Shown here: piece by piece, positions 30,275 to 32,547 of the stretch
Layout: each line of letters opens with the position of its first letter
Position numbering within the stretch: the stretch's first letter is position 1
Source: Candidatus Hydrogenedentota bacterium
GTDB lineage: Bacteria > Hydrogenedentota > Hydrogenedentia > Hydrogenedentales > SLHB01
Length of the DNA: 32,547 nt
NCBI GenBank assembly: GCA_045863295.1
Contig: BTWA01000035.1
Span: 31,281 to 63,827 of the forward strand
Reading direction: 5' to 3'
Notes under the pieces: model-generated
Seen by the model: only the letters and a program-made list of their open reading frames with translations
Database searches by the model: none
Told to the model about the DNA's origin: nothing
Made by a program: the position numbers and the translations under genes

Positions 30275-30414
30275 TTCGAGGAGGACGCTTTCTTATCCGA
30301 TTGCGGGATACTGAGCGCTTTCTTGCACTGTGGGCACTTTCCTGTCTTACCAGCAAACTCGCCGGCGGCTTGGAGTTGGGTGTCGCAGTGGGGGCATTTA
30401 AAACGAATGGCCAT
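30271..30414 (-). CDS. 47-aa zinc-ribbon microprotein (not in the ORF track)
   Basis: MAIRFKCPHCDTQLQAAGEFAGKTGKCPQCKKALSIPQSDKKASSSK*; AAGGAG RBS 9 nt before the ATG; stop overlaps the ectA start (GTGA). Confidence 0.8.
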   Translation of the reverse strand: MAIRFKCPHCDTQLQAAGEFAGKTGKCPQCKKALSIPQSDKKASSSK

Positions 30415-30554
30415 GGGTTCATTCTCCTTGACGTTGTTCACCACTCTGCCGGTGTACAGGGGATTGAAAAGCGTAACTGTAGATGAGTCTTGTTTTTCGA
30501 CTCACCAGTTCGGTTGAATTCCATATCCCGTTGCACCCGCCACATGGCAGTAAA

Positions 30555-30571
30555 GGCAAAACCCGTGCCAA
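30555..30571 (-). promoter_or_regulatory. Sigma-54 (RpoN) -24/-12 promoter of the ect-ehu operon
   Basis: Minus strand TTGGCACGGGTTTTGCC matches YTGGCACGRNNNTTGC with exact GG-N10-GC spacing; about 140 nt before the first ATG and in the correct orientation. Confidence 0.8.
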
Positions 30572-30678
30572 GATGTTGATGAGGCGGCCAAACACGTTGG
30601 ATTGCAGGCGTTTGGGACAGGTGGCCACTCCTATCCGTCTTCACAAGTCCAAGTTCGGATTCGCGGACAATCGGTCTG

Positions 30679-30697
30679 GCGTGCACATTGTGCACGC
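30679..30697. promoter_or_regulatory. Perfect palindrome, candidate enhancer-binding-protein site
   Basis: GCGTGCACA-T-TGTGCACGC (9-bp arms), about 110-125 bp upstream of the -24 element. Confidence 0.5.
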
Positions 30698-30979
30698 TTC
30701 ACGCGGTAGATACTTGCTAGATGTGCACTTCAGGCACACGAGTTTGGTTTCATCCCAATCCCTTGCAAAAACAACGGCTGCCAATTGTGCCCTTGAATAG
30801 AGAGAAGCCATGGCATGGCGCCGTGGCGCGGTATGCGCAACCGTGCACGGAGCGTGCAGATGTTGCACATGAAAAGGCTAAACGCGACCTAAAGAGCGCG
30901 CTGGTTGCGATGTGAAGGCGCGTTTCGGTACACTATTGCCGGTGTAAGGTCTCATCTTCACTCGGTCAGGCTGAATTTC

Positions 30980-31375
30980 GTGCGTCCGTATCCCGCATAT
31001 AAGCGTTTGGCTATTGCCCTCGCAAGCTTTATTGTCTTGGCGAGTGCGCGGAGTCTTGTCCCGGGTCTTTGCGCGACTCAGGCCGCTTTCGACGCGCGTT
31101 GCGAGGCGGACCAGAGCCCGAAGGCGCACTCGTGTTGCAGCGCCTTGCCTTCGAGTTCAGGCACGGGTGGACCTGCCGTTGCCCCGTTGGTGGACGTTCC
31201 TGACATTGCTTGCGCATTCTGCGCCATCGCCAAGAGCCGCGTGGTCGGTTCGTACACTCTGGATGCCGCCCCGCAAGGCCTGCCACAATACACTTGGGCT
31301 GCGTGGCCTGCCACAGCGGTCTATTCTGCTTCACCTTCCTCTTCCAATGCTGTCCGCGCGCCCCCTATTGCCTAA
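30980..31375 (+). CDS. DUF2946/CruR-like protein (signal/TM, CC, CxxC, C-terminal RAPP)
   Basis: Hydrophobic N-terminus (KRLAIALASFIVLA), HSCC, CAFC and terminal VRAPPIA*. Start is uncertain (GTG 30980 vs TTG 30905). Confidence 0.72.
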   Translation: MRPYPAYKRLAIALASFIVLASARSLVPGLCATQAAFDARCEADQSPKAHSCCSALPSSSGTGGPAVAPLVDVPDIACAFCAIAKSRVVGSYTLDAAPQGLPQYTWAAWPATAVYSASPSSSNAVRAPPIA

Positions 31376-31581
31376 CGATTCCCCCATACAGTTCGATTAC
31401 CACGATTACGCGTAGGGCGTATACACGCTTTTACGTGATGCGCTGGATCATGACTATCCGCGCACAACGCTCGCGATTCGTCGCTCAAGCAGCGGAATTG
31501 CGGGATTCAAGGAATTGAAACAGGTTAGGTAAATCAGCGCCATCCGATCTGGAATGAGCGCGTGGAGGCATATTGTCAGTC

Positions 31582-32460
31582 ATGAAAAGACAAGGTTTCA
31601 CCCTCATCGAATTGCTCGTTGTAATTGCCATAATCGGCATTTTGGCAGCCATTTTGTTGCCCGCCCTCGCCCGGGCGCGCGAAGCGGCACGGCGGGCCAG
31701 CTGTCAAAACAACCTCAAACAGTTGGGTCTCTCATTCAAGATGTATGCAAATGAGTCCAACAAGCAAGTCTTTCCGTCGATTCAAGTATTCAATTGCGAA
31801 GGAGACATTACCGCGTTGAACATGATTTTCGATGGCGGCCACATGTTTCCGGAATACCTGAGCGATTGGGAAGTGGTGGTATGTCCCAGCAACGCATACA
31901 CGGATTCCGCGGTTGAGATGTGGGACGAAGGAAAGACGCCCTCATCGCACTGGCATCATTCGCCGTTGTCGGACAACGGGCGCGTCGATCCATGTGAATT
32001 AACGGACCACCCTTACTTCTACTTCGGATGGGCCATATCGGAGAACACGCTTTCCACCCAGGCCGACTTTACGGATCTGGAACATGAGTTGCCGATATTG
32101 CGCAATGCCATCATGATGAACCCGGACAAGGTAAATCAGGATTGGGATTTGGACCACCATACATTTGACGGCTACGAGAAGGTGTTTCGTCTGAAGGAAG
32201 GCGTGGAACGCTTCTTCGTGACCAACATCAACGCCGCCGCGGCGGGGTCCGTGGCGCAGTCGAATGTACCTGCCATGTGGGACATGATTGGCCGCGGGGC
32301 GACCATGTTCAATCACGTTCCTGGTGGGTGCAATGTGCTGTACATGGATGGCCACGTTTCCTTCGAGCGCTATTCCGGTACGGAAGGCAACGGGTATCCG
32401 GTGAACGGCGCGGGACTGGTGATGATGTCGGCCGCGATGGGCATGGGCGGACATCACTAA
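31582..32460 (+). CDS. DUF1559 family prepilin-type protein with H-X9-DG C-terminal motif
   Basis: KRQG^[45 protein letters not shown] and [16 protein letters not shown]. Start is ATG 31582 or TTG 31573. Confidence 0.92.
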   Translation: MKRQGFTLIELLVVIAIIGILAAILLPALARAREAARRASCQNNLKQLGLSFKMYANESNKQVFPSIQVFNCEGDITALNMIFDGGHMFPEYLSDWEVVVCPSNAYTDSAVEMWDEGKTPSSHWHHSPLSDNGRVDPCELTDHPYFYFGWAISENTLSTQADFTDLEHELPILRNAIMMNPDKVNQDWDLDHHTFDGYEKVFRLKEGVERFFVTNINAAAAGSVAQSNVPAMWDMIGRGATMFNHVPGGCNVLYMDGHVSFERYSGTEGNGYPVNGAGLVMMSAAMGMGGHH

Positions 32461-32547
32461 GAAGCAGCGATCGGTCCGGCCGGGGGGCGCGCCGGCGGGG
32501 GGGGGGCGGGGGCCGGGGAGAGATGTGTGAGGTGAGAGCGGTGGGTT

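Noticed and set aside
30550..30575. GGCAAAACC resembling the start of a c-di-GMP-I riboswitch
   Set aside because: No GNRA/receptor stems follow, and the sequence is better explained as the reverse complement of the sigma-54 motif.
30419..30628. 69-aa minus-strand ORF upstream of the zinc-ribbon gene
   Set aside because: It runs through the predicted promoter, has no recognisable motif, and its RBS-like sequence abuts the GTG.
32470..32547. G-rich tract (possible G-quadruplex or terminator)
   Set aside because: Poly-G low complexity at the very end of the window, most likely a low-quality contig end.

Overview
GC-rich bacterial chromosomal window. The '[18 protein letters not shown]' DUF1559 pilin motif tentatively suggests Candidatus Hydrogenedentota or a PVC-like lineage (inference). 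In order from the left: the 3' end of a gene with an (ADAAAAP)n tail, an HtrA protease, a coupled NAD-epimerase/DapA-like pair, a hybrid histidine kinase, a Gfo/Idh/MocA oxidoreductase with a lone sugar ABC permease, a CoA-binding protein, a prepilin-type protein, pcrA/uvrD-pheA, two tandem cyclophilins, a TPR protein, a beta-CASP nuclease, an LpxL-type acyltransferase, a second Gfo/Idh/MocA and a ~1225-aa multi-Ig surface protein. The right end holds a complete minus-strand ectABCD-ehuBCDA (hydroxy)ectoine synthesis and transport operon. It is headed by a 47-aa zinc-ribbon gene missing from the ORF track, a near-consensus sigma-54 promoter and a perfect upstream palindrome. Divergent from it, a DUF2946/CruR-like CxxC...RAPP leader ORF precedes a His/Met-rich DUF1559 pilin-like gene, a candidate metal-sensing ribosome-stalling module. 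I saw no rRNA, tRNA, CRISPR array or mobile element. All family calls come from motif recognition by eye, not database searches.
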